In this document: positions 20,369 to 30,962 of the stretch, piece by piece | Layout: the number at the start of each line of letters is the position of its first letter | Numbering within the stretch: position 1 is the first letter of the stretch | Source of the DNA: Candidatus Babeliales bacterium | GTDB lineage: Bacteria > Babelota > Babeliae > Babelales > Vermiphilaceae | Direction: 5' to 3' | NCBI GenBank assembly: GCA_963743635.1 | Contig: CAVUQO010000002.1 | Location: 160,001-224,000, forward strand | Length of the DNA stretch: 64,000 nucleotides | Program-made: the position numbers and the translations under genes | The notes under the pieces: model-generated | Seen by the model: the letters and a program-made list of their open reading frames with translations, nothing else | Told to the model about the DNA's origin: nothing | Database searches by the model: none

Positions 20369-21094
20369 TTAATCATCGTCCAGCCCAACACTGGTGCAGG
20401 GGGTATCGCAAATTTGTTCAGCCAGATAAGAATCTGGAGAATTAAAAGAACAGGGGGAAGGAGGAAGATCAGGCGGGTTGCACGAGCTTTGACACGTAAG
20501 ATCGCCAAAAAGCAACTGTTGTAAAAAGACGGTGGCATAAGGCAACTCTCCTGCCACTGGCTCTGGAACGGGAAAGGTAAGTACAAATGCCAGGTCGAAT
20601 CGGCAATCTGGGTACTTCTTATTAATATAAGAACATTTAAAGGGCGCTTGATACCCAAAAGCATTCAGTAGGTCATGAATTGAGCTATGGTTCCAACAAA
20701 TGACAATATTTTTCCCATCATACTTACTCGAATTGAGAATGAAATTTGCAATTTCATTGACCTGATATCCGTTAAAAGGAGAATGAATGGGCAGTTGAAG
20801 TAATGCTCCTGTTGGCATCATTGTTTCTATGGTGCGAGGGATAAGGCGATCGGATTTAGGAACGGATCGGGAAGCAAAAAGGGCAGCGGGCGGTCCAAAA
20901 TTAAGAAGGTAATCCGTTTGTGTTAAGTAATAAGCCAGAGCTGCAGCTCTTTCTTCTCCCTGCTGAGTTAAGCCACGAGTCACCGGATCTTTTTCTCCAT
21001 GGCGAATGATAATGACTTGAGCCGGAAGTGCATGAAGTAACGCAGACCAAACTATGCAATGCATAAATAAGCATAAAAAAAGGTTTTTCATCAT
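20369..21094 (-). CDS. Secreted histidine phosphatase family protein
   Basis: Signal peptide, IIRHGEK, ICWNH. Confidence 0.85.
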   Translation of the reverse strand: MMKNLFLCLFMHCIVWSALLHALPAQVIIIRHGEKDPVTRGLTQQGEERAAALAYYLTQTDYLLNFGPPAALFASRSVPKSDRLIPRTIETMMPTGALLQLPIHSPFNGYQVNEIANFILNSSKYDGKNIVICWNHSSIHDLLNAFGYQAPFKCSYINKKYPDCRFDLAFVLTFPVPEPVAGELPYATVFLQQLLFGDLTCQSSCNPPDLPPSPCSFNSPDSYLAEQICDTPCTSVGLDDD

Positions 21095-21099
21095 TCCCC

Positions 21100-22125
21100 T
21101 TAAAAATCAAAGCATACGGAAAAAGCCAGACCATTGAGAGAGAGATTTCGGTCATTGCTTACTAGCCCGAATCTATCCCCTGCAAGTTCAACTTGGTCAA
21201 AGAAAAGATGATATTCCCATCCGAGCGCATAAGTGAGAGCGTAACGTTCTTTGCACAAAAAGGTCTTACACGAGATTCCTCCCATTGCATCGAGCATCCA
21301 TCGAAATCCGCGTGGGCAGCAATTCCTCTGGTAACGTAACGACTTTAAATAGGTTTCCGTTTGGCACACTTTAAAAAAACCATAGTTTAAAGTACCGCAT
21401 GCACTTGCATAGAGGCTCAATTCCCTTGTCAAATTGATTTGAGGCTCTATTCCTAATCGAGGACCGATCCCCCAAAAATTATTTTTCATGTTGATAGCAT
21501 CATATCCAAAGGTACTATCCAGTGCAGGTAAATTAAGACCATTGGCAAAGATTCCACCCCCATAGCGTACATCAAGATCTTGATTAATCCACGCAGCACG
21601 AAGACCGAAAAAAGGACGTAAAAACCATCGATTATCCCAAGAAAAATCTCGCCCAAAATCAAGATCCAAAAGATTAAGATTGAGATTCCAATACATTTTT
21701 GCTTTTGATACCCAATCGAAAGGGATAATATCATCAGCTAAAGACCAGATGGGAAACATTCCTAAACCTATGTTTTCATTAGTCGTTCTACATTGTTGTG
21801 CATGGGTATTGAAATGAGTCAAATTTATGTTCATATCCCACTTGCAGCTTGGGAAAATATATCCAAAGCCGATACGATAACCAACATTCCCGGTTAAATG
21901 AGATTTAACATCTGGCTGCAACGTCACATTGGCGGTAGTAAACAGATTGGTCATTTGATTGGTCAGAACGACGCTCTTTTCTTTTGGAACAAAATAAAGC
22001 AAGTCAACATTCAACGAAAGCTGAGTGTTGCATTCTGTCTGATTTTCTGCGCTGAGCATATTTCCATACAATGGAACTGTTAAACAAAGCATAAGAAGCG
22101 CAAGACTGCATAACCTATTTTTCAC
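21100..22125 (-). CDS. Outer-membrane beta-barrel (Lpg1974/MOMP-like)
   Basis: Signal peptide; GYRIGFGY, LRPFFGLRAAWINQ, FWGIGPRLG; C-terminal FDF; GTG start after GGAGG. Confidence 0.75.
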   Translation of the reverse strand: MKNRLCSLALLMLCLTVPLYGNMLSAENQTECNTQLSLNVDLLYFVPKEKSVVLTNQMTNLFTTANVTLQPDVKSHLTGNVGYRIGFGYIFPSCKWDMNINLTHFNTHAQQCRTTNENIGLGMFPIWSLADDIIPFDWVSKAKMYWNLNLNLLDLDFGRDFSWDNRWFLRPFFGLRAAWINQDLDVRYGGGIFANGLNLPALDSTFGYDAINMKNNFWGIGPRLGIEPQINLTRELSLYASACGTLNYGFFKVCQTETYLKSLRYQRNCCPRGFRWMLDAMGGISCKTFLCKERYALTYALGWEYHLFFDQVELAGDRFGLVSNDRNLSLNGLAFSVCFDF

Positions 22126-22386
22126 GGTTCCTCCCGACAATTTGTATGGACCAATTGATACTAGAAAATTTAAAATATAGCTGTCAATGGATTATCATTA
22201 AGGACGAATTGTGAAATTCGAAAATAGATAAAAAAGAGTAGGCCAACTCAAAATTTCGAATCAAGAAAAAAAGAGTTAGCCAAATGCTAAAAAGTATACA
22301 GATTTCATCACCCAAAATACGAGGCATAAAAAGACAGTAATAGACCCAAGTTAATAGGTCGAGATGTTTTCTTTGAATCATGCCCT

Positions 22387-23799
22387 TTAACAATTTTGAT
22401 CAACCGTTACAACAACTGGTACTGAGGTGGTGCCTACCTGATTAGTGCCGACGATATAGTAAGTGTAGGTGAGATTTGGATTGGTATTATGATCTAAGAA
22501 CATTGGCGGTTGACCAGTGAGCACTGTGCCAGCAAGTTGGGTCAATGCCGCATCCCGGTAGATTGAATAACTTGCGGGGAGTGAAGGGCCGGTGACTGTC
22601 CAAGTGAGTCTATTGATATAATCGGTTTGTGAGAAATATCTATTGTGTGTTCTGCATCCTTGTGCGGTGATCTGGAATGTTTGCAATGCGATGACGCTTA
22701 CCGTGTTGGATGTGTAGTTGGTAACGTAGGCAAAATTACCGTCAGGAGATATGGCAATTTCATTAGGAGATTGGCCAACATCAATCGTTGTTGGCAACAC
22801 TGCATTGTTTGTGATGTCAATAACATTCACGGTTCCTTGGCCTGCCGTTAATCCGGTGAAGTATGTTTGTCCCATGTAGAGCGTGTTATAATTACTGATC
22901 AACGCATAACGGCCATCGGGTGAGATGGCGCTGCCTGCAGGTTGGATGCCCAGTGAATACGTGTTAATAATGGAATTCGAGCTCAAATCAATTTGACTGA
23001 CGGTAGTGCCGAATGGCGAGAAGTTATTGCTACCAAAATTAGTGACGAATGCATAATTGCCGTCCGGCGAGAGTGTAATGTTGAAGGGTCCAAAGAGACC
23101 AGTGACCACGTGGAGCGTTGCGGTATTAGTTGCAGTGTCAATGATCGTAATTGATCCATCATCGGGGACGCCATAGCTATAATCTATGACATAGACCTTG
23201 CTGCCATCAGATGTTATGGCTAATGCTGCAGGAGCGAGGCCCACGTTGATTGTTGCGCCAAGCGTAGGAGTAGTATTGAGATTGTTAACCACATTAACGG
23301 TATGTCCCCTACCGCTGCCAAGAATAGGGCCGCCATAGTTACATACATATCCTGTGTTGCCGTCGGGCATTATTACCATGCCAGATGGGCCATCGAAGCC
23401 ATTAATGGTGCCGATAACGGTGTTGGTTGCAATATCTATGATGGTTACTGTTGAACCAGTACTGTTGGTGATATATGCCCGAGTGCCGGCAGGATTAATG
23501 GTAACGGTGTATGGTTGCAAAAAGGTATTACTATAAATGGTGGTTACCACGGCGTTGTCCGAAAGATCAATGACAGTGACTGAATCAGAATTTACGGTCT
23601 CACCAGCAGGATTGATGTTTTGTAATCCATAATTATTATTGTTCGCGACGTACGCAAAGCGACCATCAGGTGTGATTGCAATGCCACCGGGCGTAACGCC
23701 TACATTAATGGTTGCAACGACGGTATTGGCTGGAGCTGCAGCCAGAAATGCAGGTGATAATAACAAGCTGATTGCGCAGATGATTGATTTTTTTAACAT
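22387..23799 (-). CDS. Secreted YncE/YVTN beta-propeller with C-terminal Fn3-like domain
   Basis: Repeated AITPDG..AYV(T)N...VTVID units; YTYYIVG. Confidence 0.85.
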   Translation of the reverse strand: MLKKSIICAISLLLSPAFLAAAPANTVVATINVGVTPGGIAITPDGRFAYVANNNNYGLQNINPAGETVNSDSVTVIDLSDNAVVTTIYSNTFLQPYTVTINPAGTRAYITNSTGSTVTIIDIATNTVIGTINGFDGPSGMVIMPDGNTGYVCNYGGPILGSGRGHTVNVVNNLNTTPTLGATINVGLAPAALAITSDGSKVYVIDYSYGVPDDGSITIIDTATNTATLHVVTGLFGPFNITLSPDGNYAFVTNFGSNNFSPFGTTVSQIDLSSNSIINTYSLGIQPAGSAISPDGRYALISNYNTLYMGQTYFTGLTAGQGTVNVIDITNNAVLPTTIDVGQSPNEIAISPDGNFAYVTNYTSNTVSVIALQTFQITAQGCRTHNRYFSQTDYINRLTWTVTGPSLPASYSIYRDAALTQLAGTVLTGQPPMFLDHNTNPNLTYTYYIVGTNQVGTTSVPVVVTVDQNC

Positions 23800-23990
23800 G
23801 ACTCTCTCTTTTTTGTAATGGGTTACTCAAGAATTCTTGATACCCTCAAAACTAATTGCAAAACAAAAAGTGTCAATGTGTTGCGCGAGCAGAATTGTGG
23901 CTGTAACTAAAAATCAATGATTTGCAGCAAAAAAAAATGAGGCGGCCGGGACAAAATCACCAGCCGCCCTTATAAGCTCTGTGGAAGATA

Positions 23991-24710
23991 TTATTCTTCG
24001 TTTACTTTTTTAGTAACGCGCTTGATTGCTTTGTCTTCTAACTCTATAACCACTGCTTTTTTAATTTCAATCTCACCTTTGAGTCTAGAGGTAAGCTCTT
24101 CTGATTTCAGATAAGCTTTCATCTTGCGTTCAACCGTCTTGATAACATCGTTGTATTTTACCCTTGCTGCTGTAATGTCCTCAACCTTAGTTGCTTTTTT
24201 TGCATCTTTATGAAATTGCATTACTGCCTTTTGAATATCTTGGTCGAGGCTCTTGTATTGGTCCATCTCTTCTTTTTTTGCAGCAGCTTCTTTTTCTGCT
24301 GCTTCTTTAAAGAAGAGAGCAGTTTCTTTTTCTTCTTTTTGTCTAAGAGCTTTTGCTTCTCTCGCACTTTCTTGCGATATTGCTTGTCTTTCTCTTCGTT
24401 TTCTCAGTACTTCACGACCTTCAGGAGTGCTTGCAAGTTCTTCGTCAACTTTTCTCGTTTGTTCACGTTCAGCTACCGCTCTGCCATATGCTTCACTAGT
24501 TCTGACGTTTTCTTTTTCGCGTGTGCTTGCCATTCGTTCTGAGCGTAATATATCTTCTTCATACGCAAGTTGTCTTTCTCTTGCTAATTTGTTTGCGGCG
24601 GTGCCTGCTTTTTCAGCTCTTTCAGCCAAGCGTTCAGTTTCACTCATTGCCGTTACGTTGGTGACTGGAAGTGCGAGAGCGATAAGGAGTACTTTTTTTA
24701 AGACTGTCAT
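23991..24710 (-). CDS. Secreted charged coiled-coil protein
   Basis: Signal peptide ending VTAM; E/K/R/A-rich body. Confidence 0.7.
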   Translation of the reverse strand: MTVLKKVLLIALALPVTNVTAMSETERLAERAEKAGTAANKLARERQLAYEEDILRSERMASTREKENVRTSEAYGRAVAEREQTRKVDEELASTPEGREVLRKRRERQAISQESAREAKALRQKEEKETALFFKEAAEKEAAAKKEEMDQYKSLDQDIQKAVMQFHKDAKKATKVEDITAARVKYNDVIKTVERKMKAYLKSEELTSRLKGEIEIKKAVVIELEDKAIKRVTKKVNEE

Positions 24711-24954
24711 ACCAGAGTCCTTTCCTATAAGAGGATAAAAAGGGTTATTTTTCATCACCATACTGAGAATATATTTGAGTATGCAATGATTTTTTAATGA
24801 GCTTTTAGAATCCGTACATTTAAGATTGTTTTGCCCGACGCGGTGAAACGGTGATGCATTTTTTCTTTATGTTCAAAGTTATTGATTTTTGATTACGGGG
24901 CTTCCTATACTCGCCTATGATCGATGATTGGTATTATAAAAAAGGAAAATAGCT

Positions 24955-25332
24955 ATGAATAATGCTAAAGTTTTGCACACATGGGTACTGTTAAAAAGCA
25001 CGTATACGCTTGTGCCGATATTGCTTGGCCTTGATAAATGCTTTACGGGTTTGATTGTTAATTGGGCAAAATATGTCAGTCCGTTCATAGCTCAATATAT
25101 TCCGATGGGAATGTCTCAATTTTTAATGGTAGTTGGTATCATAGAAATTGTAGCAGGCTTACTAGTCTGGTTTTATCCGCGATTTGGCGCGTATCTCATA
25201 GTGGCATGGATGGGGTTAATCATATTTGATTTAGCAACCATGAATGCAATGTATGATATTATTGCGCGTGATATCGTAATTGCTATTGGTGCTCTTGCCC
25301 TTGCTTGGCTCAGTGATGCGGTTCAGTCATAA
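24955..25332 (+). CDS. DoxX-like membrane protein
   Basis: GLDK, VGIIEIVAG, YDIIARD. Confidence 0.75.
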   Translation: MNNAKVLHTWVLLKSTYTLVPILLGLDKCFTGLIVNWAKYVSPFIAQYIPMGMSQFLMVVGIIEIVAGLLVWFYPRFGAYLIVAWMGLIIFDLATMNAMYDIIARDIVIAIGALALAWLSDAVQS

Positions 25333-25798
25333 GCTATTTCCGATTATAGTTTTTTCTTTTGTTGGTGCTGCACATGCAGTTGGGGATTTCGAGTCGGCAC
25401 GCAACACTGTTCTCTCGCGGTTGAGCCAAGAAGAGCCTACATGTTTAAAAGAATTTGATAGCTTTTTCAAAAGATACGATGCGTTGGTAGTTAGTTTTTT
25501 TGATAAGAAAAATAATGACCCGCTCGAAACGCATATCGAGCATATGGAAAAAGAACTGCAAACGCTCAAGAATGTATGTGAGGATGCACGATATCGCTGC
25601 GTCAATCCCATTCTGTGTAATTATCGTACGCATATAACAGAACTTATCACGCTCTTAAAGGATTATATCGGCTCGCATGATGCCTTATCGTTAGCATTCA
25701 AAGTACGTAAATTTAAGACCATTTTGCCCGAAGCGGTGAAACAGCGAGGAGATATTTCTCTTTTTTGGTCCTTGTATCATCGACTCAGATGTGAATGA
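25316..25798 (+). CDS. Secreted hypothetical protein
   Basis: Signal peptide ending AHA; start chosen at MRFSHK. Confidence 0.65.
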   Translation: MRFSHKLFPIIVFSFVGAAHAVGDFESARNTVLSRLSQEEPTCLKEFDSFFKRYDALVVSFFDKKNNDPLETHIEHMEKELQTLKNVCEDARYRCVNPILCNYRTHITELITLLKDYIGSHDALSLAFKVRKFKTILPEAVKQRGDISLFWSLYHRLRCE

Positions 25799-25972
25799 TG
25801 GCTGAATCAAGGAATGATTTTTTTCATACTATTGCACAGCGCAAAAGAAAGCGGAGTGCCCAGTACTGATTGTAGCGCGCCGCCAATAGCAAATGAGCGA
25901 TAGGGAGAAAAATAAGCATCTAAAAGTGTTGTTTTCTTAGATCCCGAAAGGTACTAATACTTGATGTCTATT

Positions 25973-28156
25973 TTACGCTGCCATCTGTTCTAAGTGCTCA
26001 ATTCTGGATTTCAAATGCTCGATGACTGCTAATAATTGAGCGATGGTGGCGTGCTGTTGATCTAAGGCGTTCTTATGCTTTTGAATCTCTCTGATGGTAA
26101 GCGCATGAAAACCTTGGTAGTTAAGACTATTTACTTGACCGTCTTTGAAAAGCACCATATTTAACTCCGGTGCTTTTTCATATAGTTCTTCAGCTATAAA
26201 TCCAGGGACATTCTTTTCTTCATTATAATTATAATCAAAAAGTACCGGCTTAATCTCATATAGAAGATTTGATTCCTGTTCTATCGAGCGAATATTTTTT
26301 TTATACCGCTTACTTGAAGGCGCAGCTAAATAAACCTTGCCAGTACCATCTGCAACGAGTGAAGTTGCATAAACTGGAGTATGCAATAAATTCTCCAACT
26401 GCAATGGCGTATCATCATATAAGGCTGTTCCTGCAACACTTAACAAACACGTAACGGTGCTGCCAGTTCCCGGTGCAACAACCTCAAGTTTTGTGGTCGG
26501 TGTGTTGGTGCCGATGCCAACTTTAAAGTTGGTATCATATATACTACTACCTAAAATAAGAGAATCTGCTTGTGGAGCCATGGCTTTTTCGCCTATTGCA
26601 ATACTGTTGGTTGCTAAAGCAGCTGCATTGGTACCTATTGCAATACTATTGCTTGCTGAAGCATTTGCATTTGTACCTATTGCAATTGCTGATTCTTCGT
26701 AAACTCCTGCGTTGGCATTTGCATTGGTGCCAATAGCAATATCATTACCTTGTATTGCTTGTGCGGTGTGTCCTATTGCGATGCTACTATTCCCATTACA
26801 GGTTGAGCTATTTCCCAGGCAAACAGTATTGTCGTTTGTAGCAGTTGTGGCATTGCCAACAGCAAGTGAAGCAAATCCTGAACTTGTAGAGGCAGTTCCG
26901 ATCGCAATACCAAATTGATTAGATACGTGAGCATTTTGGCCAATTGCAATATCATCGCCACCGCTCGCTTGGGCATTGGTGCCAATACCAATATCATTGC
27001 CTTGTATCGCTTGAGCCGTGTGGCCTATTGCAATGCTGCTATTCCCATTACAGGTTGAACCATTTCCTAAGCAAACAGCATTATCTTGCGTAGAAGTTGT
27101 AGCATTACCAACAGCAAGTGAAGCAAATCCTGAGCTTCTAGATATACTGCCAATCGCAATACCAAAAGAATTAGATGTTTGAGCGCTTTGGCCAATTGCA
27201 ATATCACTATTGCCAATAGCAACTGAACTATTTCCAAGGGCTATAGTGTCATTTGCCGAAGTTAATGTGTTATTTGCTTGCGTACCAATGGCAATGTTGT
27301 CTGCTCCGACTACACCAACATTGACCGGGCCATTTGCAATAAAAAGGTTGCGTGCACCAATATCATACATACTAATGTTCGTAGAATTTGTTAATGGACC
27401 ACCCAATACGAGTTGACCTGAAAGCGCCGAAGCGGGTTGTATAACCGTGTTACCATTGGTATCCACACGTAAATTTTGCGTTGCACCACCATCAACACTC
27501 ACAAAAACACCCTTATCATTGGGTATAGGGCTACTACAAATACGTGCTTTTTCCGCCAAACTTGAATCTTTAAAAATGATACATGCTTGTTGTGGGTTGC
27601 CTATGAGAGTGAAACTGTTGTTAACAGTGGGTGAAATTATGGTTAAAATGCCGGCAATTTTTAAATCGCCACATACGGTTAAATTACGGGTCACTTTCAA
27701 ATTACAAAAAGTTTTTGATTTAGGCTTTCGAAATTCCAGATCTTGATCCTCTTCAATATCTATATTCATCAATCCCGCGGTAAGGTGATTCCAGTAATCA
27801 TGTAAGGAAATCTTAAGCTGTGTATATTGTTCAGAGGGAAATGCATCCTTATTAATTTCTAAGATATGCAAAGCTTCTTCCAGCACTTTTATAACTAATG
27901 ACCTTGGTCCTGTAGTATAACCTTCAGCAATTAATGAGCCCAGAGTTGCGAGAGATTCAGCATTTATCGTTTCATATGCAGTCTCATAAATGGTTACAAG
28001 ATCAGTTATTATCGTGCCAAAATATACAAACTCTTGATCTTGCTGCAAAATTTTTTCTGTCTCGTGATGTGAGAGGGTAATTTCTGCAGGTAGAATGGTG
28101 TGCATTGAAAATATGCAGGCAATTATAAAGATGCGCCCTGAAAGTAAATGATTCAT
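25973..28156 (-). CDS. Trimeric fibre/adhesin with YadA-head-like repeats and C-terminal peptidase S74 chaperone
   Basis: 14-aa SIAIG repeats, VGIGTNTP, SSKRYKKNI...GFIAEEL, terminal coiled coil. Confidence 0.82.
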   Translation of the reverse strand: MNHLLSGRIFIIACIFSMHTILPAEITLSHHETEKILQQDQEFVYFGTIITDLVTIYETAYETINAESLATLGSLIAEGYTTGPRSLVIKVLEEALHILEINKDAFPSEQYTQLKISLHDYWNHLTAGLMNIDIEEDQDLEFRKPKSKTFCNLKVTRNLTVCGDLKIAGILTIISPTVNNSFTLIGNPQQACIIFKDSSLAEKARICSSPIPNDKGVFVSVDGGATQNLRVDTNGNTVIQPASALSGQLVLGGPLTNSTNISMYDIGARNLFIANGPVNVGVVGADNIAIGTQANNTLTSANDTIALGNSSVAIGNSDIAIGQSAQTSNSFGIAIGSISRSSGFASLAVGNATTSTQDNAVCLGNGSTCNGNSSIAIGHTAQAIQGNDIGIGTNAQASGGDDIAIGQNAHVSNQFGIAIGTASTSSGFASLAVGNATTATNDNTVCLGNSSTCNGNSSIAIGHTAQAIQGNDIAIGTNANANAGVYEESAIAIGTNANASASNSIAIGTNAAALATNSIAIGEKAMAPQADSLILGSSIYDTNFKVGIGTNTPTTKLEVVAPGTGSTVTCLLSVAGTALYDDTPLQLENLLHTPVYATSLVADGTGKVYLAAPSSKRYKKNIRSIEQESNLLYEIKPVLFDYNYNEEKNVPGFIAEELYEKAPELNMVLFKDGQVNSLNYQGFHALTIREIQKHKNALDQQHATIAQLLAVIEHLKSRIEHLEQMAA

Positions 28157-28280
28157 TATTTCTCCTCGTATGATTCATAGGTTTAAAAGCAGTAGAGCAT
28201 ACAGTGATTTGAATTGCAATATTTTTACAAAACGGTATTTAATATCGTAGAACGTGGAAGGATACCGCACGATCGGTGAT

Positions 28281-29174
28281 CTAAAAACTAATATTCCATG
28301 ATGCCCAGACGGTAATGATATATTTATTGCCGTACGCTTTAGGGCGGTGATCACGGCCGTATGCAACGTTGAGTAAGAATCGATTTGGCAGATCGCGAAT
28401 GAGGAATTTATATTTATACACTGCATAGATGTTACTGCGAATATAGTCGGTTTTTTCGACTGTATCATCAAGTGTTGGATAAATGGCAGCGCCAAATTGA
28501 ATGCGTGAAGTATAACCAAATTCGGCTCCATGTTTCGGCCAGCTATGTTTGTAGGCTATGAGCACATCTTCTACATTGCCAATCGTAAAAAGATAGCGAG
28601 TGCCGCTACTATCACGCGCATGTCGTTCAAAAAAACGAATGTAGCGCGCGCCGCCCAAGAATGCGCCATTGCGGCCAATAGGATATGAGCCATCAAGTTG
28701 AATGCCCGCGCCAAATTGGCCGTAACCAACTGAGGGATGTTGAAGTGTCAATATCTGATGGGTTGGGATCCCCAATAATCCTGATATAGTCAGTACCTTG
28801 TGATATCCAAATACGAAATTGCGGCCTAAAGTAAAAAGAAGGTCGTCTACTTCAGTGCCGGTGAACGTGGTTGTACGCTGATCTTTTGCATGGATATGTG
28901 ATACTGCAAAATCAGCACGCACGTAATATGGTTTAAAATTGTAGATGAACGAAGCTAACCCACCGGCGTAGTTCCGGCTCATATCATCATATGTTTTGTT
29001 ATATTGATCAACTATGAGGGCAATCGCGCTATATTTATGATAATCCTCTTCATCCATGATGGGCTGTTTAGTAATCTGCGCAATGCGGAAGTTGTAAACG
29101 ATCGATATTGCATTGATGGTTGTGTGCGAAAGTATGCAAAGGAGTAAGAGGTATTTTTGCATGGTATGGTTCAT
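28281..29174 (-). CDS. Secreted probable beta-barrel protein, paralog 1
   Basis: Signal peptide, alternating aromatic strands, C-terminal WNISF. Confidence 0.75.
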   Translation of the reverse strand: MNHTMQKYLLLLCILSHTTINAISIVYNFRIAQITKQPIMDEEDYHKYSAIALIVDQYNKTYDDMSRNYAGGLASFIYNFKPYYVRADFAVSHIHAKDQRTTTFTGTEVDDLLFTLGRNFVFGYHKVLTISGLLGIPTHQILTLQHPSVGYGQFGAGIQLDGSYPIGRNGAFLGGARYIRFFERHARDSSGTRYLFTIGNVEDVLIAYKHSWPKHGAEFGYTSRIQFGAAIYPTLDDTVEKTDYIRSNIYAVYKYKFLIRDLPNRFLLNVAYGRDHRPKAYGNKYIITVWASWNISF

Positions 29175-29294
29175 TACTATGTTCCTCACCTATTTAATTG
29201 TTATGGTGTGTAGGATATAGAGTAACCATACTATAAAAATGAAGGGATTAAACCATGGAAAATCAAGAAATAGCGGAGACCGCGTTAGCGCAAG

Positions 29295-29489
29295 ATCCTT
29301 CGCCACGTTCTTCCTGCTCATTGCATTCGCCCTCAGAACACTCAGGACGAGCGGGAAATAGGTTTTATTCTTTAGTCTAAATGACAATCTCGTGCTATGG
29401 GGTATAAATAAATAAGAGAATTTTCATTCTCCGCTCGTCCTGAGTGTTTTTCATATCATGCAAGCATGATGAAAAATGTGGCGAAGGAT
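29295..29489. repeat. REP/REPIN-like inverted repeat pair
   Basis: Perfect 18-bp IR 29337-29354/29431-29448 plus 15-bp IR (one mismatch) 29295-29309/29475-29489. Confidence 0.8.
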
Positions 29490-29599
29490 GCGGAGTAAAG
29501 TGATGCGCGATTTCTCACATAAAAATTTAATTTTCCAACACATAGAGCGAGCTTGCTGTGTTTGACAAGAAATCCAAATGAGGCCGCAATAATTTCACT

Positions 29600-29683
29600 A
29601 TGACACCAAATCAACTCCAATTTTTCAAAGCGTTGTCAACTTCTTGGCAAGAACCATTGCGATCCGTTTGCAGCAGCCCAGAG
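29600..29683 (+). pseudogene. 5' remnant of ung left by the duplication
   Basis: MTPNQLQFFKALSTSWQEPLRSVCSSPE closely matches the start of ung at 30963. Confidence 0.8.
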
Positions 29684-29771
29684 GTAGAGCATACAGGGGC
29701 TTGAATTGCAATATTTTTACAAAACGGTATTTAATATCGTAAGCGTGGAAGGATGCTGCAAGATCGGAAGT

Positions 29772-30662
29772 CTAAAAATTGATAATCCATGATGCCCAAA
29801 CGGAAATGATATATTGATTGCCATACGCTTTAGGACGGTGGTCATGACTATATGCCATGGTGACTAAGAATCGATTTCGCAGATCGTGAATGCAGGATGT
29901 ATATTTATATACGGCATACAAGCTGCTGCGAGTGTAGTTTGTTCTTTCTACCGTATCATCAAGCGCTGGGTAAATAGCAGCGCCAAAGTCAACGCGTGGA
30001 TTATAACCTACTTCAATGCCATTTTTTAGCCAATCGTATTTATAGGCCACTAGCGCATCTTGTATGTTTCCAATCGTAAAGAGGTATCGTGCGCCTGTAC
30101 TATCTTGTGCGGATCGCTCAAAAAAACGTATATATCGTACACCACCTGTCAATGCTCCATGTTGGCCAATAGGATATGATGCATCAAGTTGGATGCCTGC
30201 GCCAAATTGGCCGTATCCAAGTGCCGGATGTTGCAGACTATATATTTGGTGCGTTGGAACGCTGAATAATCCTGTTATGGTGAGGTCCTTGTCCTCTCCA
30301 AATGTAAAAGTGCGGCCTGCATTAAAAAGAATGTCGTCCGTTTCGGTACCGGTGAATGTCGTTGCATATTGATCTTTTGCGTGGATGTGTGCTACGGCAA
30401 AATCAGCGCGAACATAATAAGGACTGAAATTGTAGGCGAAGGCAGCAAATCCGCCAGCATAGTTTTGACGCCTATCATCATAGGTTTTATAATACTGATC
30501 GATGAATAATGCGACTGCCATATATTTACGATTCTCATCCTCTTGCAGGATTGACTGCTCGGTAATTTCAGTAATGCGATAGATATAGACGATTGAGGTC
30601 GCAGATAGGTTTGCATGCGAAAGTATGCAAAGGAGTAGGAGATATTTTTGGTTATGGTTCAT
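29772..30662 (-). CDS. Secreted probable beta-barrel protein, paralog 2
   Basis: Colinear with 28281-29174 (PYYVRADFAV, GYGQFGAGIQLD); ends WIINF. Confidence 0.75.
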   Translation of the reverse strand: MNHNQKYLLLLCILSHANLSATSIVYIYRITEITEQSILQEDENRKYMAVALFIDQYYKTYDDRRQNYAGGFAAFAYNFSPYYVRADFAVAHIHAKDQYATTFTGTETDDILFNAGRTFTFGEDKDLTITGLFSVPTHQIYSLQHPALGYGQFGAGIQLDASYPIGQHGALTGGVRYIRFFERSAQDSTGARYLFTIGNIQDALVAYKYDWLKNGIEVGYNPRVDFGAAIYPALDDTVERTNYTRSSLYAVYKYTSCIHDLRNRFLVTMAYSHDHRPKAYGNQYIISVWASWIINF

Positions 30663-30962
30663 TATTATGTTCCTCGCCTATTTAATTGTTATGGTGTTAT
30701 ATAGAGTAACATACTATAAAAATGAAGGGATTGAACCATGGAAACACAAAAAAAATGGAGAATGCGTTAGCGCAGGATCCCTCGCCAGTTCTTCCTGCTC
30801 ATTGCATTCGCCTTCAGAACACTCAGGATGACCGGGGCGAAGACGGAAGGATGCGGAGTAAAGTGATGCGCGATTTCTCACATAAAAATTTAATTTTCCA
30901 ACACATAGAGCGAGCTTGCCGAGTTTGACAAGAAATCCAAATGAGGCCACAATAATTTCACT

